This document shows, one piece after another, positions 56,483-64,000 of a stretch of DNA of 64,000 nt. Source of the stretch: Magnetococcales bacterium (GTDB lineage Bacteria; Pseudomonadota; Magnetococcia; Magnetococcales; JADFZT01). The translations under genes and the position numbers were made by a program. Numbering within the stretch: the first letter of the stretch is position 1; each line of letters begins with the position of its first letter. The stretch lies in contig JADFZT010000005.1 in NCBI GenBank assembly GCA_015232395.1, positions 8,298 through 72,297 of the forward strand. Direction: 5' to 3'. Below the pieces are notes generated by a model. It worked only from the letters and a program-made list of their open reading frames with translations. It was not told the DNA's origin and made no database searches.

Positions 56483-57730
56483 ATGAAAATATCAACCTTT
56501 CAAGCCCGGGACATGCGGGAGGCGCTTTTGGAGGTCAAGGAAAAGCTTGGCCCCGATGCTGTGATTCTCTCCACTCGCTCCATACGGGTGAAGGGCAAGG
56601 CCGGGCTTCCCACGGGTCGCTCCATGATCGAGGTGACCGCCTGTCCCAATCCCGGAGCCGATGGGAGTGTGCCAACACCGTCATTCCCCCGGCGGGTAGC
56701 TACCGGGGAGGCTCAGGTCTCTGGAGAGGCGGCAGCCAAACCGGGGCGCGGGCGGCTTTTTTCAGCGGTGGTGGATGACCCGGTGGAGATGGCCCCAAAA
56801 GAGTCTTTCCGATCACCTCCTCCGGAACCCGCCCGGCGACGTGCTCCGGCTGCGGTGGGGGGCCGGATTTCATCCTCTTCGGATCTTTCGGATATACGCT
56901 CCTCCTTGAGAACCCTGGAAGAGCGGGTTTCGGGTTTACCATCGATTTTGGATAATGAAGCCACAGGCCTGGGTCCCGAAGGCAAAAAACGCTACAGCTG
57001 GCTTCTGATGCACGGCGTTGAGGAGCCCATTGCCCGTAAAATAGCCGCCATGGATCAGGAGGATGTGGAGGGTGGGCTTGAGTCGGCCTTCAAAAAGGTG
57101 ATGCAGTTTCGGGATCCTCTGGATGGTCGCGCCCGGGTGATTGCCCTGGTTGGACCCACCGGGGTGGGAAAAACCACCACCTTGGCCAAGATCGCCGCTG
57201 AATTGATCCTCAATCGGCGCCAAAACGTCGGCATGATCACCCTGGACACCTTCCGGGTGGGTGCAGTTGCCCAGCTGGAAACCTATGCCAAGCTGCTCCA
57301 GGTGCGCCTGGTGGTGGCCCGCTCCCTCTCGGAGGTCAAGGCGGGCCTGCAATCTCTCAACCGGTGTGACTTTATCCTGGTGGATACGGTGGGATCGAGT
57401 CCCTACAACCGGCGTCAGGTCAACTCCACCGGTGGATTGCTGCCGGTGATGGGGGAGGACCGGGAGGTGATGCTCTGCATGGCGGCCAATGTGCGGGAGA
57501 GCGAGCAGCAAGCGATCTACAGGCGGTTCTATTCCCTCTCTCCCACAGGGCTGATTTTTACCAAGCTCGATGAAACCGTCACCTATGGTGGCGTGCTCAA
57601 CGTCGCACTGCGGGCACAAATTCCCCTGACTCTTTTTACCGACGGACAGAGGGTTCCGGAAAATCTGGGTTGGATGTCTGCCAAAAAACTGGCCCAATGG
57701 TTTCAGAAGGAACACCCGGTGGAAGAGTGA
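56483..57730 (+). CDS. flhF: Flagellar biosynthesis GTPase FlhF
   Basis: B-domain 'FQARDMREALLEVKEKLGPDAVILS'. SRP-type GTPase motifs 'LVGPTGVGKTTTLAKIA', 'DTVG', 'IFTKLDET'. Confidence 0.9.
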   Translation: MKISTFQARDMREALLEVKEKLGPDAVILSTRSIRVKGKAGLPTGRSMIEVTACPNPGADGSVPTPSFPRRVATGEAQVSGEAAAKPGRGRLFSAVVDDPVEMAPKESFRSPPPEPARRRAPAAVGGRISSSSDLSDIRSSLRTLEERVSGLPSILDNEATGLGPEGKKRYSWLLMHGVEEPIARKIAAMDQEDVEGGLESAFKKVMQFRDPLDGRARVIALVGPTGVGKTTTLAKIAAELILNRRQNVGMITLDTFRVGAVAQLETYAKLLQVRLVVARSLSEVKAGLQSLNRCDFILVDTVGSSPYNRRQVNSTGGLLPVMGEDREVMLCMAANVRESEQQAIYRRFYSLSPTGLIFTKLDETVTYGGVLNVALRAQIPLTLFTDGQRVPENLGWMSAKKLAQWFQKEHPVEE

Positions 57731-57842
57731 TTCTTCCCATTGGTAGCTGATTTGGCATTTTATGAAGGAGGGGCAGTCCCCTTCACCCCGACCCTGAAAG
57801 TGGGGAGACGACTTTCATGGTAAAGGAAGGCAAGCAGAAGTC

Positions 57843-58820
57843 ATGATCGAAGATGTTGACAACCAGGTGGCAACTCTCAAGGAGTTGGCCCGCAAGGTAG
57901 CCGAGACTCCTCATGCGGCTGCTGAAACGCCGTCGGTGGCCACAGCGGTCGGAAAGGTGGCCAAAGAGCGGGTCGCCCGACGCAAAGTGCCCTATACCAT
58001 GGCTGTGACCAGTGGTAAGGGAGGGGTGGGCAAAACTTTGGTGAGCGTCAACCTGGCCATCGCCTTTGCCCGGCAGGGGCTCAAGGTGTTGGTCATTGAT
58101 GCCGACTTGGGGCTTGCCAACATCGACGTGGTGTTGGGTCTGACGCCCCAATATACCATCCAGGATGTGCTGGATGGCGGTATGAGCCTCTCCGAGGTGG
58201 CGATCACTGGCCCCATGGGGATAACCATTCTACCTGCGGCCTCCGGCGTGGCCGAGCTTTCCACCCTTTCGGAGACCCAGCGTCTCTCCCTGATGGATCA
58301 CATCGACAACTGGAACGATGATTTTGATGTGGTGCTGGTGGATACAGGCGCGGGGATTTCCAGTACGGTACGGTTTTTTGTGCTGGCGGTGGAGCGGATC
58401 ACGGTGGTAGCCACCCCCGATCCCGCCTCCATCACCGATGCCTATGCCCTGATGAAGGTGATGTTTACGAATCACCGCATCTCCCGTTTTGACTTGTTGG
58501 TCAATCAGGCCAAGAGCGAGCAGGAGGCCCGGGAGGTCTATCGCACCCTCTATCGGGTGGCGGATAAATTTTTAAATATTGGTCTCAAATATTGCGGCTA
58601 TATTCCATATGCCACACACTTGAGCCAGGCGGTACGCAAACAGAAACCGGTGACGGAGCTGTTTCCTGAATCCGAAGCGACGGCCTCTTTTGATAAACTT
58701 TCCACAAATCTGCTTGAAATGTGGGGGGAAAATCGTCAAAACGACGGACTGATGACCTTTTTCTGGCGGCGGCTTCTGGAGGAGGATAAAGATGCCTCCC
58801 CCCAAAGCCCGGAAAGTTGA
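57843..58820 (+). CDS. flhG: MinD/ParA-type ATPase FlhG (FleN/YlxH)
   Basis: Deviant Walker A 'VTSGKGGVGKTLVSVNLA', 'VIDADLGLANIDV', and position between flhF and fliA. Confidence 0.88.
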   Translation: MIEDVDNQVATLKELARKVAETPHAAAETPSVATAVGKVAKERVARRKVPYTMAVTSGKGGVGKTLVSVNLAIAFARQGLKVLVIDADLGLANIDVVLGLTPQYTIQDVLDGGMSLSEVAITGPMGITILPAASGVAELSTLSETQRLSLMDHIDNWNDDFDVVLVDTGAGISSTVRFFVLAVERITVVATPDPASITDAYALMKVMFTNHRISRFDLLVNQAKSEQEAREVYRTLYRVADKFLNIGLKYCGYIPYATHLSQAVRKQKPVTELFPESEATASFDKLSTNLLEMWGENRQNDGLMTFFWRRLLEEDKDASPQSPES

Positions 58821-58836
58821 ACGGGATCGACATCCA

Positions 58837-59604
58837 ATGAGTGCCCAAACCGCCCAAATAACCAAAAATCAAGACACCAAAGCCTGGGAATCCATGACCC
58901 GGGACGAAATCATCGTCAAATATGCCCCGATGGTGAAATATGTCGCCTCCAGAATGTCCATGAAGCTTCCCGAATCGGTGGAGTTGGACGACTTGGTTCA
59001 GGTGGGGGTGTTGGGATTGATCGATGCAGTCTCCAAGTTTGATCCAGCCCGGGGAATCAAGTTTCAGACCTATGCCGAATTTCGGGTTCGGGGAGCCATT
59101 CTCGATGAATTGCGCTCCATGGATTGGGTTCCCCGAGCGGTTCGCCAGGCCGCCACCCAGATTGAGGAGGTGTTCCACAAGCTGGAAGTCCAGGAAGGGC
59201 GGCCTGCTGATGATGAAGAGGTGGCGGACAATCTGGGGATCAGCCTGGGGGATTATTATGCCCAGCTGGATGCCATTCGGGGTATTTCCATTATCTCCTA
59301 TGAAGATTTGCGTCCTTCCATAGATGATGAAGAGTGGGATGTTCTGGAGGTGTTTGCCGATCCGGAGGTGGAGGATCCTCTGGAAGCGATTGGTTTGCAG
59401 GAGTTGCGGCAAGGGTTGAGTGAGGCGATCAGCTCCCTGCCGGAGAAAGAGCGTTTGGTGGTGACCCTGTACTATTTTGAGGAGCTTACCATGAGCGAAA
59501 TCGGTGAGGTTTTGGGGCTCACCGAATCACGGATTTCCCAGCTTCACAGTAAGGCGGCTCTCAGGATGCGGGCGCGAATTCGCCGGGTCATGGGTCGAAA
59601 ATAG
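58837..59604 (+). CDS. fliA: Flagellar sigma factor FliA (sigma-28)
   Basis: Region 2 'DDLVQVGVLGLIDAVSKFDPARGIKFQTYAEFRVRGAILDELR'. Region 4 'LYYFEELTMSEIGEVLGLTESRISQLH'. Confidence 0.9.
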   Translation: MSAQTAQITKNQDTKAWESMTRDEIIVKYAPMVKYVASRMSMKLPESVELDDLVQVGVLGLIDAVSKFDPARGIKFQTYAEFRVRGAILDELRSMDWVPRAVRQAATQIEEVFHKLEVQEGRPADDEEVADNLGISLGDYYAQLDAIRGISIISYEDLRPSIDDEEWDVLEVFADPEVEDPLEAIGLQELRQGLSEAISSLPEKERLVVTLYYFEELTMSEIGEVLGLTESRISQLHSKAALRMRARIRRVMGRK

Positions 59605-59606
59605 CG

Positions 59607-60113
59607 ATGACTTTCTGGAATGTATTGGTAATTCTCTGTTTTGTGGTCCTCTACCTGGGAATCGCCCTGGTTTTTGTCCAGGTGCGTCGCCTGCGGGATG
59701 ATCTGAAGCTCATGGCGACCACCCAGAATGCCGATGAGGATCATGAAGAGCTGCGGGAATATGTGGAGACGGTCACCGCCAGCCTGGAGATGATGGAGCG
59801 CAAGATCGGTATGGCCGTTGAGTCGATTCCTGCCCAGATACGGCCTGATCTGGAAGCGCTCCAGGGGGAGATGCGCTTTTTGAGTCGTCCGACTGAGAGC
59901 GGTATTGCCAACCGGTCCGAAACAGGATCAAGTAGCGAATCTGCCAACAAAAACGATGCCTACCGGGAAGCCCGTCTGCTTTTGGCCAACGGTGTGGATG
60001 AGGAACGGGTGATCAAGGAAACCGGTTTGACTGTGGAGGAAGTGAGCCTTCTGAAAAGTTTTTCCTCCCGGGAGGAGGAGTTGGGGGAGGGTGATCCCGA
60101 CCCCTTGGAGTAA
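59607..60113 (+). CDS. Membrane-anchored flagellar-cluster protein (DUF2802-like)
   Basis: N-terminal TM 'VLVILCFVVLYLGIALVFV', coiled middle, and C-terminal 'AYREARLLLANGVDEERVIKETGLTVEEVSLL', which resembles my memory of DUF2802. Confidence 0.45.
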   Translation: MTFWNVLVILCFVVLYLGIALVFVQVRRLRDDLKLMATTQNADEDHEELREYVETVTASLEMMERKIGMAVESIPAQIRPDLEALQGEMRFLSRPTESGIANRSETGSSSESANKNDAYREARLLLANGVDEERVIKETGLTVEEVSLLKSFSSREEELGEGDPDPLE

Positions 60114-60118
60114 ACGCC

Positions 60119-61234
60119 ATGATCATTTCAGGGCTGCTGCTGCCGTCTGGCGATACAGCTGCCAGCGTCAAGCTGCCCCGGGTTTTTTCCCAGGGTGAAT
60201 CCTTTACCGCCCGGGTTTCCCGTCTTGACAACCATGGTCAAGGTCTCATGAGGCTGCCTGACGGCCATCTTTTTTCCTTTTCCGGTGCCAAGGGACTCTC
60301 TGAAGGGGAGCAGGTACGCCTGGAGGTGGTCCGCACCGCTCCTGAACTCACCTTTCGCCTTGCTGGCACCCAATCCCAGGCTGCATCCCAACTGGCTGAA
60401 TCCGCTGAGCAAAGTCTGGTCCGCGCCCCCGATGTATTCGCCCGATTGATCGCCCAGGCCGGTTTGGCCAAAGGGGGCATGAGTGGGGAGGCACTGCTGT
60501 TTTCCCTTAAAAATGCCGGACAGCCGTTTTTGGTCACCGACAAGGGGGAGACCCTGGCGGGGCTTCTGCAAAAAAATCTGCCCAATATTTCCGGTGATGC
60601 CCTTTTAAGAGGAAATGGGGCTTCTCTGGCCAAGCTTTTGGAAGGGGGCTCCCGACAGGATGTGGCTGACGCCATTCGCAACCTGCAACTGGCGGCTGGC
60701 ACCCTTCGTCTGGGGGGGGAGGAGAGCGCCGGGATGGCTGGCAAGGAGAGTGCTGCCGCTGAACTGGCTGCCACCCGTGGAGCTTTGCAGCGGCTGGGGG
60801 ATCTTCTCGCCATGCAGGAAATTTTGCCTCGTACCCCCGCAGCCGACGGCCAGGCCTTTCCGGGATATCGTCTGTTCTGGCTCACCGAAGGGGGGTTGGG
60901 GGAGGCGATCTGGCGCCAGAGTGGTGGAAAAAAAGGCGGCAGAGGAGAGGCGGACAACAACTCCATTCTGGTCTCCCTCAACATGACCCATCTGGGCTCG
61001 GTCCAGGCTCGATTGGAACTTGGGGAAAGACAGTTGATGGTTTCCATCGCCGCCGAAGATGAACAGGCCCTCTCGGCCTTGCGGGGTCAGGTAGGCCAAC
61101 TGCGCACCGGGATTCAGGAGATAGGGCTGCCTCTGAAGGCGCTGGAACTCTCCCGCCTGACGCGAGCTGGAATGCGGGAGGCGCGTCAGCAGCTGCTGGG
61201 CCTTGCCGGTTCCGGTTTTTCGGCCAGGGCGTGA
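60119..61234 (+). CDS. Flagellar hook-length control protein FliK-like
   Basis: C-terminal domain 'ILVSLNMTHLGSVQARLELGERQLMVSIAAEDEQALSALRGQVGQLRTGIQEIGL' fits the FliK C-terminal (Flg_hook) pattern. The position in the flagellar block supports the call. Confidence 0.55.
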   Translation: MIISGLLLPSGDTAASVKLPRVFSQGESFTARVSRLDNHGQGLMRLPDGHLFSFSGAKGLSEGEQVRLEVVRTAPELTFRLAGTQSQAASQLAESAEQSLVRAPDVFARLIAQAGLAKGGMSGEALLFSLKNAGQPFLVTDKGETLAGLLQKNLPNISGDALLRGNGASLAKLLEGGSRQDVADAIRNLQLAAGTLRLGGEESAGMAGKESAAAELAATRGALQRLGDLLAMQEILPRTPAADGQAFPGYRLFWLTEGGLGEAIWRQSGGKKGGRGEADNNSILVSLNMTHLGSVQARLELGERQLMVSIAAEDEQALSALRGQVGQLRTGIQEIGLPLKALELSRLTRAGMREARQQLLGLAGSGFSARA

Positions 61235-61539
61235 CCATGGGCGAGGATGAAAAGAGAGAGGAAGGCCACATCAAGCAGGCCGTGGCGCTGCGTTATCGCA
61301 AAAGCCGGGACAAGGCCCCTCAGATTACCGCATCGGGAAAGGGGCGTATCGCTGACGCCATTCTCAAGCGGGCCGAGGCGGCGGGGGTTACGCTGATGGA
61401 GGATCCCGACCTGGTGGCGGTGTTGGGCAAGATTCCCGTAGGAGAGAGTGTCCCCCCCGATCTTTACAAGGCGGTGGCCGAGGTGCTCGCCTATGTCTAT
61501 CGAATCAACAAATCGTTTGATGGAGAAGGGGATTCGTAG
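61231..61539 (+). CDS. Stand-alone FlhB C-terminal-domain-like protein (EscU/YscU/HrcU family)
   Basis: 'AVALRYRKSRDKAPQITASGKGRIADAILKRAEAAGVTLMEDPDLVAVL...PPDLYKAVAEVLAYV' corresponds to the FlhB segment after the NPTH cleavage site. No NPTH motif is present. Confidence 0.75.
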   Translation: MTMGEDEKREEGHIKQAVALRYRKSRDKAPQITASGKGRIADAILKRAEAAGVTLMEDPDLVAVLGKIPVGESVPPDLYKAVAEVLAYVYRINKSFDGEGDS

Positions 61540-61772
61540 GGGGGTGATTGGGTTTGATGGCCTCTCCCAGCCGGGCTGTCGGGGTGTGGGGCAGGATGAT
61601 GGTTTGTAGTGGAGCGGTGGATGACGCCAGTCTAAGCGGAGCGGTGGAAGGTTGCCTGCTGAGAAGGTTGGCAAGGGAGATGCAGTAGGTTTTAGTCAAA
61701 GGGCTTGAAAGGGGGGTGGCAGGGCCTATCTGGGGTTTTTTGGCTGAAAATGTAAAAAATATTGACTGAAAG

Positions 61773-61790
61773 TGTAAAAAAAAATTACAC
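61773..61790. promoter_or_regulatory. Perfect inverted repeat GTGTAA-N6-TTACAC in an AT-rich region upstream of the zinc-ribbon/pilin genes
   Basis: GTGTAAAAAAAAATTACAC, preceded by a half-site-like ATGTAAAAAAT (61750-61760) and TTGACT (61762-61767). Confidence 0.4.
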
Positions 61791-61930
61791 ATGATCTCTC
61801 TGGGTATAACACCCGGAAAAAAAGATCATTCCGCTTTCACGTCGTCAAACCCTCATGATAGTCTGTCACCAAAGGAGATCTCCGCTGAGGGGGTGGGCCT
61901 TTTTGCCGATGAATTTTTAGGGAAGTTACA

Positions 61931-62494
61931 ATGGCGCAAAGAAGAGCGATTCAGATTGCCGGTTTTGTCTACTCTCCTTGTCCCGCATGCAAGGAGATTA
62001 TCTTTAAATCAGCCACCCTCTGTTACCACTGTGGAGAGTCGGTTGACGGCAACTATACCTATGTAGAGGCCGAGCCTTCAGAGTCCGAACGGGAACTCCT
62101 CAAGGGGCCGGGACTGACTTTTTTCCTGCCTTCGGCTTCTGGAGCGGAGGAGGAGTACGACCAGGGGGAGGAGGACGATCCATCCCAGGTTGAAAAGCCC
62201 CGGGGCCTCTTGGGTCGCTTCCTGCCGAAAAAGGATGACCATCAGCCTGAACGGGGGGAGGCGGCAGAGGGAACCAAAAAAATGATGCTCCCCGTCGCCA
62301 AGGTGGCGGTGGTCGTGGTTCTCTGCGGAACCATCCTATGGGGAGTGCAATATTTTTCCACAGAACCTTCGGCGTGTGAGCAAAACAACAAGTCCAGGGC
62401 ACTGGCCATGGCCATGGAAAAGGGCGATACCAAAGCGCTTTCCAAAATGACGCCAGGTGAAAAGGGATCCCTGACCGGTTGCAGAAAGGACTAA
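61931..62494 (+). CDS. Zinc-ribbon membrane protein, hypothetical
   Basis: 'CPACKEIIFKSATLCYHCGE' (CxxC-N10-CxxC), an acidic linker, and one TM helix 'VAKVAVVVVLCGTILWGV'. Confidence 0.5.
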   Translation: MAQRRAIQIAGFVYSPCPACKEIIFKSATLCYHCGESVDGNYTYVEAEPSESERELLKGPGLTFFLPSASGAEEEYDQGEEDDPSQVEKPRGLLGRFLPKKDDHQPERGEAAEGTKKMMLPVAKVAVVVVLCGTILWGVQYFSTEPSACEQNNKSRALAMAMEKGDTKALSKMTPGEKGSLTGCRKD

Positions 62495-62549
62495 AGCAGG
62501 TGTTGAAAAGAGGTGTTGAAAAAGAATTAATCCAACAGGGAGTGGGGTT

Positions 62550-63128
62550 TTGATTGGGATTCGCACCTATTTGCAAGCAATAATCCATCGAACCATTTCT
62601 GGCAAGATGGCCGCCAAGTCATCTGCCATTGATCGTGTTTCACTGCATCGGCAAAAGGCTGCCGTGGGAAGTGAGGCCGGGTTTACCCTGATCGAATTGA
62701 TGTTGGTGATCGCCATTATCGGCAATCTGGCCGCTGTGGCCATGCCCATGTTCGAGCAACAGGTTTCCCGGGCACAGATGTCCGAAGGGCTTGGGTTTTT
62801 GATGGATGCCAAATCCGCCCTGGCTGAATATTACGCCGTAGAGGGCCGGTTTCCCACAGCACTGACCGACGCCTACGGGCCAGCCTGGACCGGTAACGAC
62901 CTGGGGAAATATACCGACCGCATTATCGGCTGGGGATCGTTGGATCCGAGTTATCCGGATATCTATTATCTTTCAGCTGATTTTAAGGATTCCAATGTCG
63001 CGGAAGGGTTGATGTTGTCGGGGTTCATCGGTTTGAAAACGACAGATGGGGGGCTCAACTGGACTTGCGGTTTCTTTTGGTATGGCTACGAGCGCTACTA
63101 TCCGACCAACTGTCAAAATTATATCTAG
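62550..63128 (+). CDS. Type IV pilin (PilA/PilE-like), paralog 1, apparently with a 44-aa leader
   Basis: Prepilin site 'EAG|FTLIELMLVIAIIGNLAAVAMPMF' and a C-terminal disulfide loop 'CGFFWYGYERYYPTNC'. The TTG at 62550 has GGGAG upstream, and the N-terminus 'MIGIR' is conserved with paralog 2. An alternative GTG at 62664 would give a classic 6-aa leader. Confidence 0.8.
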   Translation: MIGIRTYLQAIIHRTISGKMAAKSSAIDRVSLHRQKAAVGSEAGFTLIELMLVIAIIGNLAAVAMPMFEQQVSRAQMSEGLGFLMDAKSALAEYYAVEGRFPTALTDAYGPAWTGNDLGKYTDRIIGWGSLDPSYPDIYYLSADFKDSNVAEGLMLSGFIGLKTTDGGLNWTCGFFWYGYERYYPTNCQNYI

Positions 63129-63272
63129 ACCGGGGGGAATGGCCTCGGTGAAGCAGAGCACGTCGAACCCGAAAGAGGGACAGGGAGGTCTTGTTCCAGA
63201 CGATGCCGGATTTGGGCCTGGGGAGTTGAACCAACATTCGGTGGTCAAACAGAAACAACGGGGAGAAGTGTC

Positions 63273-63860
63273 ATGACTGGGATTCGATGGTCCACAACGG
63301 GGAAACAGACGCGTCAACGCGTTTGGAGCCAGGCGGAAGCTGCGTCAGGATCAGAGTGGCGTGCCACAGCCCAAGCGACCGGTGTATCCCGGCGCGGGCA
63401 GGCAGGTTTTACCCTGATCGAGTTGATGATCGTCATCGCCATCATCGGCAACCTGGCCGCTGTCGCCATGCCTATGTTCGAGCAGCAGGTATCCCGGGCA
63501 CAGATGGCCGAAGCCATCGGCTTTTTAACCGACGCCAAATCCGCCCTGGCTGAATATTATGCGGTGGAGGGGCAATTCCCCGACGATATCACCGATGCCT
63601 ACGGCCCCTCGGAAACCTTGTCCAACCTGGGAGAATATACCAATCGGATCAGCGGCTGGGGGTATAACTGGTATGGTCCCCCCTACGATGACTGGTTCTA
63701 TATCTATGCCCAGTTCAGGACCTCTGATGTCGGTCAGGGGCTGTTGCTTTCCCGTTATATCGCTTTGAGAACCACGGATGGCGGGCGGACCTGGACCTGT
63801 GGTTATTTTTGGTACGGCTACGAGCGCTATTATCCGTCCAACTGCCAAAACTATATCTGA
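63273..63860 (+). CDS. Type IV pilin, paralog 2, 45-aa leader
   Basis: 'QAG|FTLIELMIVIAIIGNLAAVAMPMF' and 'CGYFWYGYERYYPSNC'. The only in-frame start is the ATG at 63273, which has GGGGAGA upstream and gives the N-terminus 'MTGIR'. Confidence 0.8.
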   Translation: MTGIRWSTTGKQTRQRVWSQAEAASGSEWRATAQATGVSRRGQAGFTLIELMIVIAIIGNLAAVAMPMFEQQVSRAQMAEAIGFLTDAKSALAEYYAVEGQFPDDITDAYGPSETLSNLGEYTNRISGWGYNWYGPPYDDWFYIYAQFRTSDVGQGLLLSRYIALRTTDGGRTWTCGYFWYGYERYYPSNCQNYI

Positions 63861-63903
63861 TCGTAGCGGATCACGATTGTGTCAGAGGATGGGGCGTGGC
63901 CGG

Positions 63904-64000
63904 TTACTCCCACTCGATGGTTCCGGGGGGTTTGGAGGTGATGTCGTAGACCACCCGATTGACCCCCGGCACCTCATTGATGATGCGGTTGGCGATGCGG
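63904..64000 (-). CDS. guaA: GMP synthase, C-terminal fragment (gene continues beyond the window)
   Basis: The minus-strand translation ends '...[31 protein letters not shown]', the conserved GuaA C-terminus. Confidence 0.85.
   Translation of the reverse strand, partial: RIANRIINEVPGVNRVVYDITSKPPGTIEWE

Noticed and set aside
1-64000. tRNA, rRNA, tmRNA, RNase P, SRP RNA, integrase/transposase genes and CRISPR arrays
   Set aside because: I scanned the intergenic regions for T-loop (GGTTCGA-type) and other conserved cores and found none. No recombinase-like ORF is present. Absence by eye is not proof, so tRNAscan or Infernal should confirm it.

Overview
Moderately GC-rich, densely coding proteobacterial chromosome segment with about 65 CDS. 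I found no tRNA, rRNA or CRISPR array by eye. Most genes are housekeeping: a hybrid sensor kinase, trpS, rluB, ampG, ftsY, slt, queE-thiE, dinG, tsaB-rimI, apaH, tgt, yajC-secDF, hpf, oadGAB, hisG, gph, hpt and metXW. There is also a polar-flagellum block (flhA-flhF-flhG-fliA, a DUF2802-like gene, a fliK-like gene, an flhB-C-like gene), two tandem type IV pilin paralogs, and the 3' end of guaA. The stand-out is at 46.4-48.8 kb. Three co-oriented genes there encode proteins with hallmark sequences of magnetosome proteins: an Mms6/MamD-type LG-repeat protein, a MamF/MmsF-type protein and the actin-like MamK. They sit alone between hisG/oadGAB and an M15 peptidase/hicBA/gph, and no mamAB core gene is visible anywhere in the 64 kb. 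This looks like a satellite magnetosome 'islet' and suggests a magnetotactic, possibly Magnetococcus-like, host; that host assignment is inference. Other accessory content: (1) a 9.2-kb single-strand cluster (FkbH-like HAD-IIIC, membrane protein, FGE/SUMF1-like, methyltransferase, VOC, atypical radical SAM, GT2) punctuated by two copies of a MITE-like repeat that bracket the methyltransferase-VOC pair. (2) A CBS / CYTH-like / guanylate-kinase-like / CYTH / ApaH neighbourhood containing a 4x tandem repeat bounded by inverted repeats. (3) An MBL-HDOD-PilZ trio lying between tgt and yajC-secDF. (4) Two hicAB pairs and an orphan antitoxin. All family assignments come from motif recognition by eye; no database search was run.
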